Notes under the pieces: model-generated
The model's database searches: none
Told to the model about the DNA's origin: nothing
What the model saw: only the letters and a program-made list of their open reading frames with translations
Translations under genes and position numbers: made by a program
Shown here: one piece after another, positions 29,347 through 39,541 of the stretch
How positions within the stretch are numbered: position 1 is the stretch's first letter
Layout of the letters: each line of letters opens with the position of its first letter
Origin: an uncultured Chloroflexia bacterium
GTDB lineage: Bacteria; Chloroflexota; UBA6077; CF-72
DNA length: 64,000 nucleotides
Direction of reading: 5' to 3'
Assembly: GCA_963776625.1 (NCBI GenBank)
Contig: CAVZNP010000014.1
Location: forward strand, 123,280 to 187,279

Positions 29347-30594
29347 ATGGTTGTCAACGTCGACCGACCGCCCGCATCTCGCGCACGCGCCCGTTTCGAC
29401 GTCGGCGGCGTGCTGCTCGATCGGCCGTTCCGCATTCGGCGCCTCGGTCACTTCGGCGTCAACGTCGATCACATCGAAGACGGCATTCACTTTTACAGCG
29501 ACCTGCTGGGCTTCGTCATCTCCGACGAGATCGACTTCGGGGCGCGGCTCACCGACGACCAGCGCGCGGCACTGGGCTCCGGTGCGGCGACAACCGGCTA
29601 CTTCACGCGCCACGGCACTGATCACCACGCGTTCGTACTGTTTCCACGCAAGGTCTTCCAGGCGTTTGCACCTGGCGAACCCGACCGCATCACGATCAAT
29701 CAGATCACCTGGCAGGTCGGTAGCCTGACCGAGGTCGTCGCCGGCAGCCGCTTCTTCGAAGAGCAGGGCATCGACGTACGCCGCTCGGGGCGAGACACAC
29801 CCGGTTCCAACTGGCACACCTATCCCCTCGACCCCGATGGCCACACCAACGAGCTGTACTACGGCATCGAGCAGGTCGGCTGGACCGGCTACTCCAAGCC
29901 GCGCTCGATGTACAACCGCGGCTTCCGCGAGCGACCGCCTCTGCCACAGATGTCCGAGTTCGACGAGGTCGACGCGGCACTGGGCGCGGGCGTCAACCTC
30001 GAGTCGGGATTCCGCCCCGTGGAAAAGAATCCGCGCACCTACGATGTGGACGGCATTCTCCTCGCGCGGCCGTTCAAAGTCGTGCGCATTGGTCCGGTGC
30101 GCATCTTTGTCGACGACGTGCAGCGCTCGCGCGCGTTCTACGAGTCGGTGCTGGGGCTGACCCACACGCAGACGGTGAACTGGAACGGCCACGAATGCGC
30201 GTTTCTGCGTGTCAACACGGAGCACCACTCACTGGCGCTCTACCCGATGGCCCTGCGCGAGAGCCTCGGGCTGAGCCCACATACGACCCTGATGTCGTTT
30301 GGCCTGCAACTGGCCAATTATCGCCAGCTGCGTGATGCGGTCGGTTTCCTGCGCGAACGAGGGGTTCAGGTGCGCGACCTGCCGCCAGAGCTGTCGCCTG
30401 GCATCGACTATAGCTGTCTGGCCGTCGACCCGGATGGGCATGCCGTGCAGCTCTACTACTACATGCAGCAGGCTCCGCAGCCCGTCACGACTGTGTCCGC
30501 GCCAGGCGCCGAGCGCATCGACGCGTGGCCGGTCACCGTCGACGCGCGCGCTGACACCTACCTGGGTGAGCCGTACCTTGGACCGTGGGGCTAA
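29347..30594 (+). CDS. Multi-domain VOC family protein
   Basis: RLGHFG, TDHH, DPDGHTNEL, TEHHSL, DPDGHAVQL. Confidence 0.85.
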   Translation: MVVNVDRPPASRARARFDVGGVLLDRPFRIRRLGHFGVNVDHIEDGIHFYSDLLGFVISDEIDFGARLTDDQRAALGSGAATTGYFTRHGTDHHAFVLFPRKVFQAFAPGEPDRITINQITWQVGSLTEVVAGSRFFEEQGIDVRRSGRDTPGSNWHTYPLDPDGHTNELYYGIEQVGWTGYSKPRSMYNRGFRERPPLPQMSEFDEVDAALGAGVNLESGFRPVEKNPRTYDVDGILLARPFKVVRIGPVRIFVDDVQRSRAFYESVLGLTHTQTVNWNGHECAFLRVNTEHHSLALYPMALRESLGLSPHTTLMSFGLQLANYRQLRDAVGFLRERGVQVRDLPPELSPGIDYSCLAVDPDGHAVQLYYYMQQAPQPVTTVSAPGAERIDAWPVTVDARADTYLGEPYLGPWG

Positions 30595-30634
30595 TTACAG
30601 CCAATTCTCAGGTTCACCAGGCAAACTACCTGGT

Positions 30635-31078
30635 GTGACGGTTCTCTCGGGGTGGCGGGCGACGCTGGCGATCCTTGCCGCCCTGGTAGTGGTCGGGCTG
30701 CTGGTCGCGGCCTTCTTCTGGCTGGCGATGTTGGCCTCGGTGATCGTCGCCGTGGCCGCTTTCAACGTGTTGGCCGTGCCGCGCCTGGCGCGGCGTCTGC
30801 ACGTCTCGGAACTGGTGATTGTCGGCGCGCTGCTGGTCGTCCTGGCCGCGGGCGGTTGGCTGCTCGGCGGGCCCGCGGCTCTTGCCGCCGGGGTCGTCGC
30901 CTGGTTAGTGGGCGTCGTCGTGCCGCGGCTAGCGCTGCGCCGCTTCCGTCGGAACCTGGACGCCGCCACGCTGCGCGCGCAGGGCAACCGTCCGTTCATC
31001 GTCGATCTGGAACGTGCGCCCATGTCCGCCGGTCTGGCGGATGACGACTCCGTAATCACGTTCCGCCGCCCCGATTGA
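30635..31078 (+). CDS. Hypothetical membrane protein
   Basis: About 4 hydrophobic segments from GTG 30635. Confidence 0.55.
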   Translation: MTVLSGWRATLAILAALVVVGLLVAAFFWLAMLASVIVAVAAFNVLAVPRLARRLHVSELVIVGALLVVLAAGGWLLGGPAALAAGVVAWLVGVVVPRLALRRFRRNLDAATLRAQGNRPFIVDLERAPMSAGLADDDSVITFRRPD

Positions 31079-31805
31079 GACATACCCGGAGCGCACGTCG
31101 GCCAGCACGTGGCGCGGGTCGCGCTCCAGGGGTGACCAGAAGCCGCCGCCGCCACCCATCTCGGTGATGCACCGGTCGCCGGCCTCGAGTCGCGTCGGAT
31201 TGGCCTTAGCCGTGGGAAAAGTCTGCACGGTTCCATCGCGACGGTCGAGTTCGATCCGATTCGCCAGGCCCGCCTGACCGTCGTGCAGTCCCCAGGGTGG
31301 ACACTGGGACCGTTCGATTTGCGACTGGTACATACCGGCCAGCAGCAGCTCGATGTTGACGCGTACGCCGAGACCGCCTCGGAACTTGGGACTTTTGGCT
31401 TCGCTGGCCTCGACCGGCGTGTTGTGCGTGTCGCCGTCGTTGAGACACACCGTCGCGTTCACGCCGTCGTGGTCTGAGGTTGCGCCCCAGCCGCCGCCCG
31501 CCAGACCGATCGCGCCGCCATCGGGTAGATACGTGTTGCCGGTCGCCGGATCGATATACGCGTACGGGCCGCCGCCGCCCAGGCTGGCGTGGTGGCCGGC
31601 GATCACGCGCTCGGGGCAGGCGGTGGCCAGCGCTTTGAAGACCGTATCGACGACGGTCATCGGAATGGTCATCCACCAGCGCGCGGCGGCAGGCTTGGTC
31701 GCGCTGATGACGCGGCCCGGCGGCAGCACGATGTTCACCGGGCGGAAGGACCCGTGGTTGATCGGCAGCAGCAGCGGACTGGTCAGGCATTTGAAGGCGA
31801 CCTGC
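30929..31805 (-). pseudogene. C-terminal fragment of hydantoinase B/oxoprolinase subunit
   Basis: QVAFKCLTSP..INHGSFRP, GGGWGA, DGDTHNTPVE, FRGGLG, GGGGGFWSPLERDP. N-terminal half missing; internal deletion at EAKSP|KFRGG. Confidence 0.75.
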
Positions 31806-32908
31806 CTCCGCGCCCGTAAGCTGCCGGGCCCGGATCAGCGCCCGCGCTGCGCGGACCCACGTGCAGCGCGGTGCCCTCGTCCAGCCAGGCGATGCTTCCT
31901 CCGCCGGTGCCAACCTCCACGATGTCCAGCACGGGTACCCGAATTGCAAGCCCCTCGTTGTAGCCGCCGATGAAGTAGTCCGGCGACAGGCTCGGCTCAC
32001 CGCGCATTACCACGCATGCTTTGGCGGTGGTGCCGCCCATATCGAAGGCGATGGCATGTTCGATGCTCAGCGCTTCACACAACACCATCGTCCCGACGAC
32101 ACCACCCGCTGGACCGGACTCCAGCATCTGAATGCACTGCCGTCTGGCCAACGCGACGTCGGACAGCCCACCGTTGGACTGCATGATCAGCACGTCGCCA
32201 GTGAAGCCGTCGGCGTGCAGATTGCGCTCGAGCTCGTTCAGGTACGCGCTGACGATCGGTCCGACATACGCGTTCGCCGCGACGGTCGAGGTGCGCTCGT
32301 ACTCGCGATATTCGCGCGACAGCTCGTGGCTGGTGGAGACGAACCACGCTGGGCACGCCTCCAGCAAGACCTCGCGCGCGCGCAACTCGTGTTCTGGTGA
32401 GCGATACGAGTGCAAAAACAAGATGGCAATGGACGCGAAGTTCTCGTCCTGGAGGACGCGCGCGACCGCGCGCACGGCTTCGTCGTCGAGTGGCAGGCGT
32501 ACGCTGCCGTCAGCCAGGATGCGTTCGGGAATCTCGAAGATGTTTTCGCGCGCGACGAGCGGACGATGTTTTCTGAAGCGTGGATTGAATGACTCTGGCC
32601 GGTTGATGCGGCCCATCTCATAGACGTCGCGGAATCCGCGCGTGGTGAGTAGCGCGGTCTTCGCGCCGGTGCGCTCGATGATCGCGTTGATGACGACCGT
32701 CGAGCCGTGGATCAGCGACTGTGCGCGCTCCAGTTCTCCGCCCGAGCGTGCCAATGCCTGGCGGACGCCGCGGGCGAGATCGTCGGGGGTCGACAGCGCT
32801 TTGGCGAGTTTGACCGACACGTCGTCATCGTCAAAGACAACCACTAGCCGAGTCGGTAAAGGTCCCGCCGATATCGACGCCAATGCGCAGCGACCCACGT
32901 GGTTTCAC
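31806..32908 (-). pseudogene. N-terminal fragment of hydantoinase A/oxoprolinase subunit
   Basis: LRIGVDIGGTFTD (frameshifted), HGST, REYERTST, MQSNGG, ESGPAGG, DMGGTT, GPRSAGADPGPAAYGRGG, then an abrupt join to the B subunit. Confidence 0.8.
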
Positions 32909-33276
32909 GGGGGCGGAGCCTCGGCGATCGCCCGTGCAAGTCGCTTCGGCGCATTCAGCACGTAGCTCTCGACCACCAGCTCGCGCACCTCGTCCCAGTC
33001 CAGCGCGCCACCGGCGTCGACGTTGATCCACCCGTGTCGCCCGACGTACGCCGCCACGGAGAAACGCTGGTCGGTAGCCACCAGCGCGGCTTGATGTGCC
33101 TTCTCGACTTTCATGCCGAGCACCGCTCGCTCAGCGTCCGGCGCGGAGCACGACGCAAACATCTTCGCGTTGGGTCCGACGCGAAACGTGGGATGCCCCC
33201 ACGTCTCGACAAAAACTTCGGTTGTCTCCGGCAGACTCAGGCAGATCTCACGGAAGCGTTCGTAGGCGCCCGCCAT
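32905..33276 (-). CDS. MmcQ/YjbR family protein
   Basis: CLSLPE, WGHPTFRV, KMFA, YVGRHGWI, ELVVESY. Confidence 0.88.
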   Translation of the reverse strand: MAGAYERFREICLSLPETTEVFVETWGHPTFRVGPNAKMFASCSAPDAERAVLGMKVEKAHQAALVATDQRFSVAAYVGRHGWINVDAGGALDWDEVRELVVESYVLNAPKRLARAIAEAPPP

Positions 33277-34199
33277 CAGCCAGCAACGATGCGGTTGCCG
33301 AGCGCCCCGACCTGCGGCGATGACACCGTCACCAGATCGCCCACTTTGAGAAACAGGTCCTTTGGCCGGGACCCGTCCGCGTTGCGCACGGTTTTGTCCG
33401 CGGCCGTGCCAGCCGCGGTCCCGCCGGCAATCACATCACCCGGCACGAACGTGAAGTCCCGCGACAGGTACTCCAGCACTTCCGCGTACGAAAACACCAT
33501 GTCACGCGTGTTGAAGCGCTGACGGACTTCGCCATTCACCTGCGTCTCCACATCGACGGCAGACGGCGAGACCTCGCTGACGACGATGCACGGTCCCATG
33601 CACGTCGAGCCGTCGAAGTTCTTGGCCAGGTTGTAGCTCATGGGACGCGGACTGCCCATGCCATCGCGAATGCTGAGGTCGTCGAACAGCGTGATGCCCC
33701 ACACGTAGTCGTCCAGCCGCTCGGCGGGGATGTCCCTGCCGCGTCTGCCGATGATCAGCGCGACTTCGCCCTCGTAATCGAAGTATTCCGTGCGCCTGGG
33801 ATAGGCGACGGCATCCTCCGGTCCGCTGACGAAGGCGGGTACTTTCCAGAAACCCCACTGACCAGCGGCGCGGGCCTGTTCGGTAACCTGCTCGATGGTC
33901 TTCGACTCACCGCGCTCCATGCCGCGCAGGTGATCCGCGAAATTGCCGCCGACGCAGGCGATGCGCCGCTCCGGCCATGGCGCTCGCAGGTGCGCGTCTT
34001 TCAGCGCTATGACGGCGCCGTCGGGTGCGCGGTCGATCGAGTCGATGGCCCGCTGAGCGTCCTCCAGTGCCTGCTGGCCGGCCTCGATGAACTGTCGCAA
34101 CCCGGCCGGCAGCGCGGGGTTGCTGCGCGCCAGGTCGAGGACCCGATCGCCCGCCAGGGCGCCAACGCGCCCCTGATCCCCGAACACCACGATCTTCAT
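33276..34199 (-). CDS. Fumarylacetoacetate hydrolase family protein
   Basis: FDYEGE, DLSIRD, KNFDGS..MGP, PGDVI.GGT. Confidence 0.9.
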   Translation of the reverse strand: MKIVVFGDQGRVGALAGDRVLDLARSNPALPAGLRQFIEAGQQALEDAQRAIDSIDRAPDGAVIALKDAHLRAPWPERRIACVGGNFADHLRGMERGESKTIEQVTEQARAAGQWGFWKVPAFVSGPEDAVAYPRRTEYFDYEGEVALIIGRRGRDIPAERLDDYVWGITLFDDLSIRDGMGSPRPMSYNLAKNFDGSTCMGPCIVVSEVSPSAVDVETQVNGEVRQRFNTRDMVFSYAEVLEYLSRDFTFVPGDVIAGGTAAGTAADKTVRNADGSRPKDLFLKVGDLVTVSSPQVGALGNRIVAG

Positions 34200-34305
34200 G
34201 CCACTCAACCCGATCGTATCATCTCGAACCGCCTGATTCCGGACCGCCGCACGAGTGGTCCCTGACAGGGGCGAGCGGGGTAGGGCGGGGTACGATGAAA
34301 GCCTC

Positions 34306-35391
34306 GTGCGCTTCGGAACCTACTTCTTCCTTCAGGCACCCCCGGACAGAACCGACGCCGACATCCTGCGTGACGAAGTCGACCAGATGGTCCTCTCCGA
34401 GGACCTCGGCTTCGACTCGGTCTGGCTCACCGAGCATCACTACGCCGACTACGGCCTGTCCTCCGCGCCGACCGCGCTACTGGCCACCGTCGCCGCGCGC
34501 ACCGAGCGCATCCGCCTCGGCACCGCCGTCTACGTGATTCCTTTCCATCATCCCCTGCGTCTGGCCGAAGAGACCGCGACCCTCGATATTTTGAGCGGGG
34601 GGCGCCTGATCGTTGGCCTCGGGCGCGGCAACCGTCCAATGGAGTTTTACGGCCACGGTGTGCCGCAGCAGCAGAGCCGCGAACGCCTGCAGGAGGGCGT
34701 GGACGTCCTGCTCCAGGCATGGACACAGGAGCGCGTCGACTTCGACGGCACCTTCTGGCAGATTCACAACGTGCCCGTCTATCCCAAGCCACTCCAGCGT
34801 CCACACCCGCCGCTGGCCCTTGCCGTCACCAGTCCCGAGACCATCGCCTGGACCGCCAGCCGCGGGTACGCCATGCTCAGTTCGGGACTCGGCACGCCGC
34901 TGCCCCAGACGGTCAGAAACCGCGACGCGTACGTGCAGGGGTTGCGCGACAACGGCTTCGGTCAGTCGCAGATCGGCGAATTGCTTGGACGCTGGGTCGT
35001 CACCAAGCACGTGTACGTGGCTCCCACGGATGCCGAGGCGCAGGCCGAGGCGCACGATCCCGAGATGTGGTACCGCGACGCGTTCATTCGTTCGCTCTCG
35101 GCTGAGAGTCTCCACGGCCTGCACCAGTCCGTCTACGATGGTGCCAACGCAATGCTCGGCCGCTTGCGGTCGCAGACCTGGGAAGACCTGCTCCAGTCGG
35201 CGCTGGTGATCGGCTCGCCCGATACTGTTGCTCGCAAGATCGCCGACCTGGACCAGGTGGGAGTGGGTGAGATGGTGTGCTGGATGAATTTCGGAGGTCT
35301 GTCGCCCGACAACGTGCGCCGTTCGATGCGTCTGTTTGCCCGGGAAGTGATGCCGCGCTTTCATCGTGCACAATCGAGTGCGGCCGCATGA
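34306..35391 (+). CDS. LLM class flavin-dependent oxidoreductase
   Basis: GFDSVWLTEHH, HPLRLAEE, LSGGRL, PKP.Q.PHPP. Confidence 0.92.
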   Translation: MRFGTYFFLQAPPDRTDADILRDEVDQMVLSEDLGFDSVWLTEHHYADYGLSSAPTALLATVAARTERIRLGTAVYVIPFHHPLRLAEETATLDILSGGRLIVGLGRGNRPMEFYGHGVPQQQSRERLQEGVDVLLQAWTQERVDFDGTFWQIHNVPVYPKPLQRPHPPLALAVTSPETIAWTASRGYAMLSSGLGTPLPQTVRNRDAYVQGLRDNGFGQSQIGELLGRWVVTKHVYVAPTDAEAQAEAHDPEMWYRDAFIRSLSAESLHGLHQSVYDGANAMLGRLRSQTWEDLLQSALVIGSPDTVARKIADLDQVGVGEMVCWMNFGGLSPDNVRRSMRLFAREVMPRFHRAQSSAAA

Positions 35392-36182
35392 CGACAAGCG
35401 TTGAGTACACCACCGAACAGGTCGGCGTCGGGCAGACGCAGTTATACGTGCTTAAAGGCGGTACGGGAACGCCGTGTCTGGTTCTGCATGGCATCGAAGG
35501 CCACGAGGGTTGGCTGACGTTCCACTCCGCGCTCGCCGAATACGCGAAGGTGCACGCTCCCTCTCACCCCGGGTACGGACAGACGCCCGCTCCCGATTGG
35601 GTAAACTCCGTCCCGCACCAGGCTATCTTCTATCACTGGTACTTGCAGCAAGCCGGGCTCGATGGGGTGGACCTGGTTGGGATCGGCCTCGGTGGCTGGA
35701 TCGCCGCGGAGATGGCCGTCATGGACTCCAGCCGCTTGCGGCATCTGGTGCTGGTCGATGCCGCGGGACTGCGTCCCGAGCAGGGTGAAATCTTCGACAT
35801 CTTCGTGACGCCGTGGCGCCAGGTGATCGAACGCGGCTTTCTGCGTGGTGCCGACGCTGCCGAATACCAGCGCATCTACGCCGACGCGCCGATTCAGGAT
35901 TTCGGTGGCACCCGCGAAGCCGGTCGAACCATGTCGATGCGCATGTGCTTCAAACCGTATATGCACAATCCATCGCTGCCCGGCATGCTCGGCAAAATTA
36001 CGACGCCCACGCTGGTGGTCTGGGGCGAGGACGACGCGATTGTCCCGGTCGAGTGTGGCCAGCAGTACCAGCGCGCCATCCCGGGCGCAACGCTGCGCAC
36101 CCTCGACACCTGCGGGCATTTTGCGCATCTCGACCAACCCGAGCGTCTGGCCGAAGTTCTGCACCCCTTCCTGTCGTCCTGA
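35388..36182 (+). CDS. Alpha/beta fold hydrolase
   Basis: VLHG, PGYG, GIGLGG at the nucleophile position (Gly, not Ser), WGEDD, GHF. Confidence 0.82.
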   Translation: MTTSVEYTTEQVGVGQTQLYVLKGGTGTPCLVLHGIEGHEGWLTFHSALAEYAKVHAPSHPGYGQTPAPDWVNSVPHQAIFYHWYLQQAGLDGVDLVGIGLGGWIAAEMAVMDSSRLRHLVLVDAAGLRPEQGEIFDIFVTPWRQVIERGFLRGADAAEYQRIYADAPIQDFGGTREAGRTMSMRMCFKPYMHNPSLPGMLGKITTPTLVVWGEDDAIVPVECGQQYQRAIPGATLRTLDTCGHFAHLDQPERLAEVLHPFLSS

Positions 36183-36198
36183 ATTCTGGAGTGAGCTG

Positions 36199-37359
36199 AT
36201 GTCAACGCCGGCCGCGTCAACACAAACCAACTATTACTACTTCAGCGAACAGCCCTACACCGCCTACGATCCGGCGATTCAAGCGGAGCATCCCGCGCTG
36301 CGGTTGACACTGCCCAACGAGCTGTTCGATCCGCAGGCCGCCAGCGACCTCTACAACCGCTACCACGACGAATACCAGGTCGCCGACGAAGCCGGCTTCG
36401 ACGGCATCATGATCAACGAGCACCACACCGCTCCGTTCTGCATGCAGGCCTCCATCACCATCACGGGCGCGGTGCTCGCCAAAATCACGAAGAACGTCAA
36501 GATCCTCATGCTCGGCGCTCCGCTGCCGGTGGTCGACAATCCGCTGCGGCTCTCAGAAGAGCTGGCGATGATCGACTGCATTTCGCGCGGTCGGCTGATC
36601 TCGGGCGTGGTCCGCGGTGGAGGCGTGGAGAGCCTGGCCAACAACGTGAATCCCGCCTACAACCGCGAACGGTTCGAGGAGGCGCACGACCTGATCATTG
36701 CAGCCTGGACGCGGCCCGGTCCGTTCCGCTGGGAAGGCAAGCACTTCGAGTATCGCGTCGTGAACCCGTGGGTGCTGCCGCTGCAGAAGCCACACCCGCC
36801 GATCATGGTGCCCGGTACCGCCAGTCCCGAGACGGTCATCTGGGCGGCGCAGCACCGCTATCCGTACGTGGTGCTCGGCTCGTCGATGGAGCAGACTCGC
36901 GAGCTCATCGGTCTGTATCGCGACACTGCCACCGAATGCGGCTACCAGATGGGACCCGAGCACATTGGATACCTGATCCGCGTGTTCGTCGCCGATACCG
37001 AAGAGAAAGCCCAGGAGGAAGGCCACAACTTCTTCTGGCAGAACGGCGCGCTGAACAAGCAGCCGCGCGAGTGGATGGCGCCGCCAGGCTACGCCTCGAT
37101 CGACTTCGCCGGCATCCGCCGCCTGCGCGCGGTCTCGAAGCCGTTTGACAGCCAGGCGTATCAAGAAGCTCAGGACAACTACCAGGTGGTGCTCGGCACG
37201 CCGGACCAGGTAATCGAGAAGCTGCGCTACGTGCGCGACACGCTCGGCATCGGCCACATGTGCCTGTGGGCACAGGACGGCTACATGAGCCACAAAGACA
37301 CGGTTCGGTGTATCGAGCTTTTCGGTAGAGAGGTCTTGCCCGCGCTCCGCGGCGACTGA
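36199..37359 (+). CDS. LLM class flavin-dependent oxidoreductase
   Basis: GFDGIMINEHH, PLRLSEE, SRGRL, P.QKPHPP. Confidence 0.92.
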   Translation: MSTPAASTQTNYYYFSEQPYTAYDPAIQAEHPALRLTLPNELFDPQAASDLYNRYHDEYQVADEAGFDGIMINEHHTAPFCMQASITITGAVLAKITKNVKILMLGAPLPVVDNPLRLSEELAMIDCISRGRLISGVVRGGGVESLANNVNPAYNRERFEEAHDLIIAAWTRPGPFRWEGKHFEYRVVNPWVLPLQKPHPPIMVPGTASPETVIWAAQHRYPYVVLGSSMEQTRELIGLYRDTATECGYQMGPEHIGYLIRVFVADTEEKAQEEGHNFFWQNGALNKQPREWMAPPGYASIDFAGIRRLRAVSKPFDSQAYQEAQDNYQVVLGTPDQVIEKLRYVRDTLGIGHMCLWAQDGYMSHKDTVRCIELFGREVLPALRGD

Positions 37360-37392
37360 CGGGGTCGAAAACGCAAGGTCGCACCCGGTATT

Positions 37393-37406
37393 TTCCGTGA
37401 ACGTAA
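37393..37406. promoter_or_regulatory. Possible MerR-family operator
   Basis: Imperfect dyad TTCCGT-GA-ACGTAA just upstream of a TATACC/TACCCT -10-like box and the merR-type gene. Confidence 0.35.
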
Positions 37407-37427
37407 GAAATCTGCTATACCCTGCGT

Positions 37428-37883
37428 GTGGCTCAGCTCGTTGCCCCGCGTCTTCGCCGTATCGGAGAAGCCGCTGAGGCGACCGGGCTCACCCCGCGCA
37501 CCATCCGCTACTACGAAGAGGTCGGGCTGCTCAAGCCCGCTGCCCACGTCAGCGGTAGCAACCGGCGCTACGACGACGAAGACATCGAACGCCTGACGCT
37601 CATCAGGCAGCTCAAGGACGTCGTGGGCCTCGGCCTCGGGGACATCCACACCTTCCTGGAGACCGAAGCTGAGCGCCGCTCGCTCAGCGAGCAGTACCAC
37701 GCCACCACCGACCCAGCCGTTCGCGTCGACGTGCTCAACCGTGTCGAGCCCGTCTTGCGCCGGCGCGTCGAGCTTCTCGAACGCAAGCTTTCCGCAGTAC
37801 AGGGCCTTCTCGACGAAGAGCGCGCCCGCCTGGAGCGCGTCGATGCGCTCCGCACCACCATCCGCGCGTCCGCGCTCACCTGA
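37428..37883 (+). CDS. MerR family transcriptional regulator
   Basis: RIGEAAEATGLTPRTIRYYEEVGLL..RRY. Confidence 0.93.
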   Translation: MAQLVAPRLRRIGEAAEATGLTPRTIRYYEEVGLLKPAAHVSGSNRRYDDEDIERLTLIRQLKDVVGLGLGDIHTFLETEAERRSLSEQYHATTDPAVRVDVLNRVEPVLRRRVELLERKLSAVQGLLDEERARLERVDALRTTIRASALT

Positions 37884-37911
37884 CTTTTCAACCGGAGGCT
37901 CATCCCTCAGC

Positions 37912-39477
37912 ATGGCTCAATCTGCGATTTCCTCCAACTCCGCCATCCCGCCCACGGAACCGACCCCCGACGACGCCGTCCAGGTACTGCGTCCCGAGGA
38001 ACCCGTGCAGGAGCCCGGCTACGAGTGGGTCGCGCTGTCCGTGACCACCGTCGGTGCGCTGCTGGCGGCGCTGCAGGGCTCGTCGCTGATCATCGCCCTG
38101 CCGGATGTCCTGACCGGCCTGAATGCCACCTTCCTGACCATCATGTGGGTGCTGCTCGGGTACTTGCTGATTACCACGGCGCTGGTCCCGGTGGTGGGAC
38201 GCCTCGCCGACATCTGGGGCCGCAAGCGCCTGTACGTGGCCGGCTTCGCCATCTTCACGCTCGGCTCGCTGCTGGCCGGCCTGGCTCAGCCGGATGCCCA
38301 CGGTTGGGACCTGGTCGCCTACCGGGTGGTGCAGGGCGTGGGCGGCGCGCTGCTGATTACCAACAGCACCGCGATCGTGGCGGACGCCTTTCGGCACGGC
38401 CGCGTCGGCCTCGGTCTTGGCGTGAACCAGGTGGCGGGCGCGGCCGGCTTTCTGCTGGGTCCGGTGGTAGGTGGTCTGTTGACGGCCATCTCCTGGCGCT
38501 GGGTGTTCTTGATCAACGTGCCAATCGGCATCTTCGGCACGATCTGGGGCATGTGGCGTCTGCGCGAGCCAGTGCGCCTGCCGGCTCACCAGCACTTCGA
38601 CTGGCTTGGCAGCCTGACCTTCGTCATCGGGCTGGGCAGCTTGCTGATGGCCCTGTCGCTGGTGGCCTTTCCGATGCTGCCAATGTCGGTCGTCAAGAGT
38701 ATGTTCGTGGTCGCCCTCATCGGACTGGTCGCGTTCGTGGTCGTCGAGTTGCGTTCATCCGAGCCGATGCTGGACCTGAGCCTGTTTAGCGACCGGCTGT
38801 TCGGGTTCGCGGCACTCGCGGGTGGGCTGAACGGCCTGGCGCGCGGCGCGGTGCTCTTTGTGCTGATCTTCTTCTTGCAGGGTCCGTACGGGCAGGACCC
38901 CCTGCACGCGGGTCTGATGATGACCCCGTTCGGCGCCGCGTTCCTGCTGGTCGGTCCGCTGAGCGGGTACCTGTCGGATCACTACGGGTCGCGCACGCTG
39001 GCGACGGCCGGGCTGCTCGTGTCGGCCGTGGGCCTGTTCGGCCTGAGCACGGTGGTGACCGAAACGCCCTACTGGGTCCTCGCCGTGTACATGGTGCTGA
39101 TGGGGGGCGGCTCGGGACTGTTCACGTCGCCGAATGTCAATGCGCTGATGAGCACGGTGCCGCCCCGCCAGCGCGGGACCGCCTCGGGCATCAACACGAT
39201 GGTGGCCAACACGGGGCAGATGCTCAGCATCGCCATTGCCTTCCCACTCGTCCTGAGCCAGATTCCCCAGGAGATCATGTTCCGCGTGTTTCTGTATGGC
39301 GGCGGCATGGCGGACATGCCGGAAGCGCAGCGCGCCTTCGAGCAGGGGCTGCACCACGCGTTTCTGGTGTCGTTCGGGATCACGCTGGTGGCGGCGCTCG
39401 CGTCCGCGCTGCGCCCAGCGCACAGTCCGCGCGAGGCAGCGGCGCGCGCGCAAGAGGCCGCGCCGCGCGCCGCCTGA
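37912..39477 (+). CDS. MFS transporter (DHA2, 14-TM)
   Basis: GRLADIWGRKR, RVVQGVGGA, WRWVFLINVPIG. Confidence 0.92.
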   Translation: MAQSAISSNSAIPPTEPTPDDAVQVLRPEEPVQEPGYEWVALSVTTVGALLAALQGSSLIIALPDVLTGLNATFLTIMWVLLGYLLITTALVPVVGRLADIWGRKRLYVAGFAIFTLGSLLAGLAQPDAHGWDLVAYRVVQGVGGALLITNSTAIVADAFRHGRVGLGLGVNQVAGAAGFLLGPVVGGLLTAISWRWVFLINVPIGIFGTIWGMWRLREPVRLPAHQHFDWLGSLTFVIGLGSLLMALSLVAFPMLPMSVVKSMFVVALIGLVAFVVVELRSSEPMLDLSLFSDRLFGFAALAGGLNGLARGAVLFVLIFFLQGPYGQDPLHAGLMMTPFGAAFLLVGPLSGYLSDHYGSRTLATAGLLVSAVGLFGLSTVVTETPYWVLAVYMVLMGGGSGLFTSPNVNALMSTVPPRQRGTASGINTMVANTGQMLSIAIAFPLVLSQIPQEIMFRVFLYGGGMADMPEAQRAFEQGLHHAFLVSFGITLVAALASALRPAHSPREAAARAQEAAPRAA

Positions 39478-39541
39478 GCCGACGCTCACGCGCCCGCACC
39501 GGGCGTGACGGTCCACTCCGTGAGGTGTGTACTCTGGTCGT

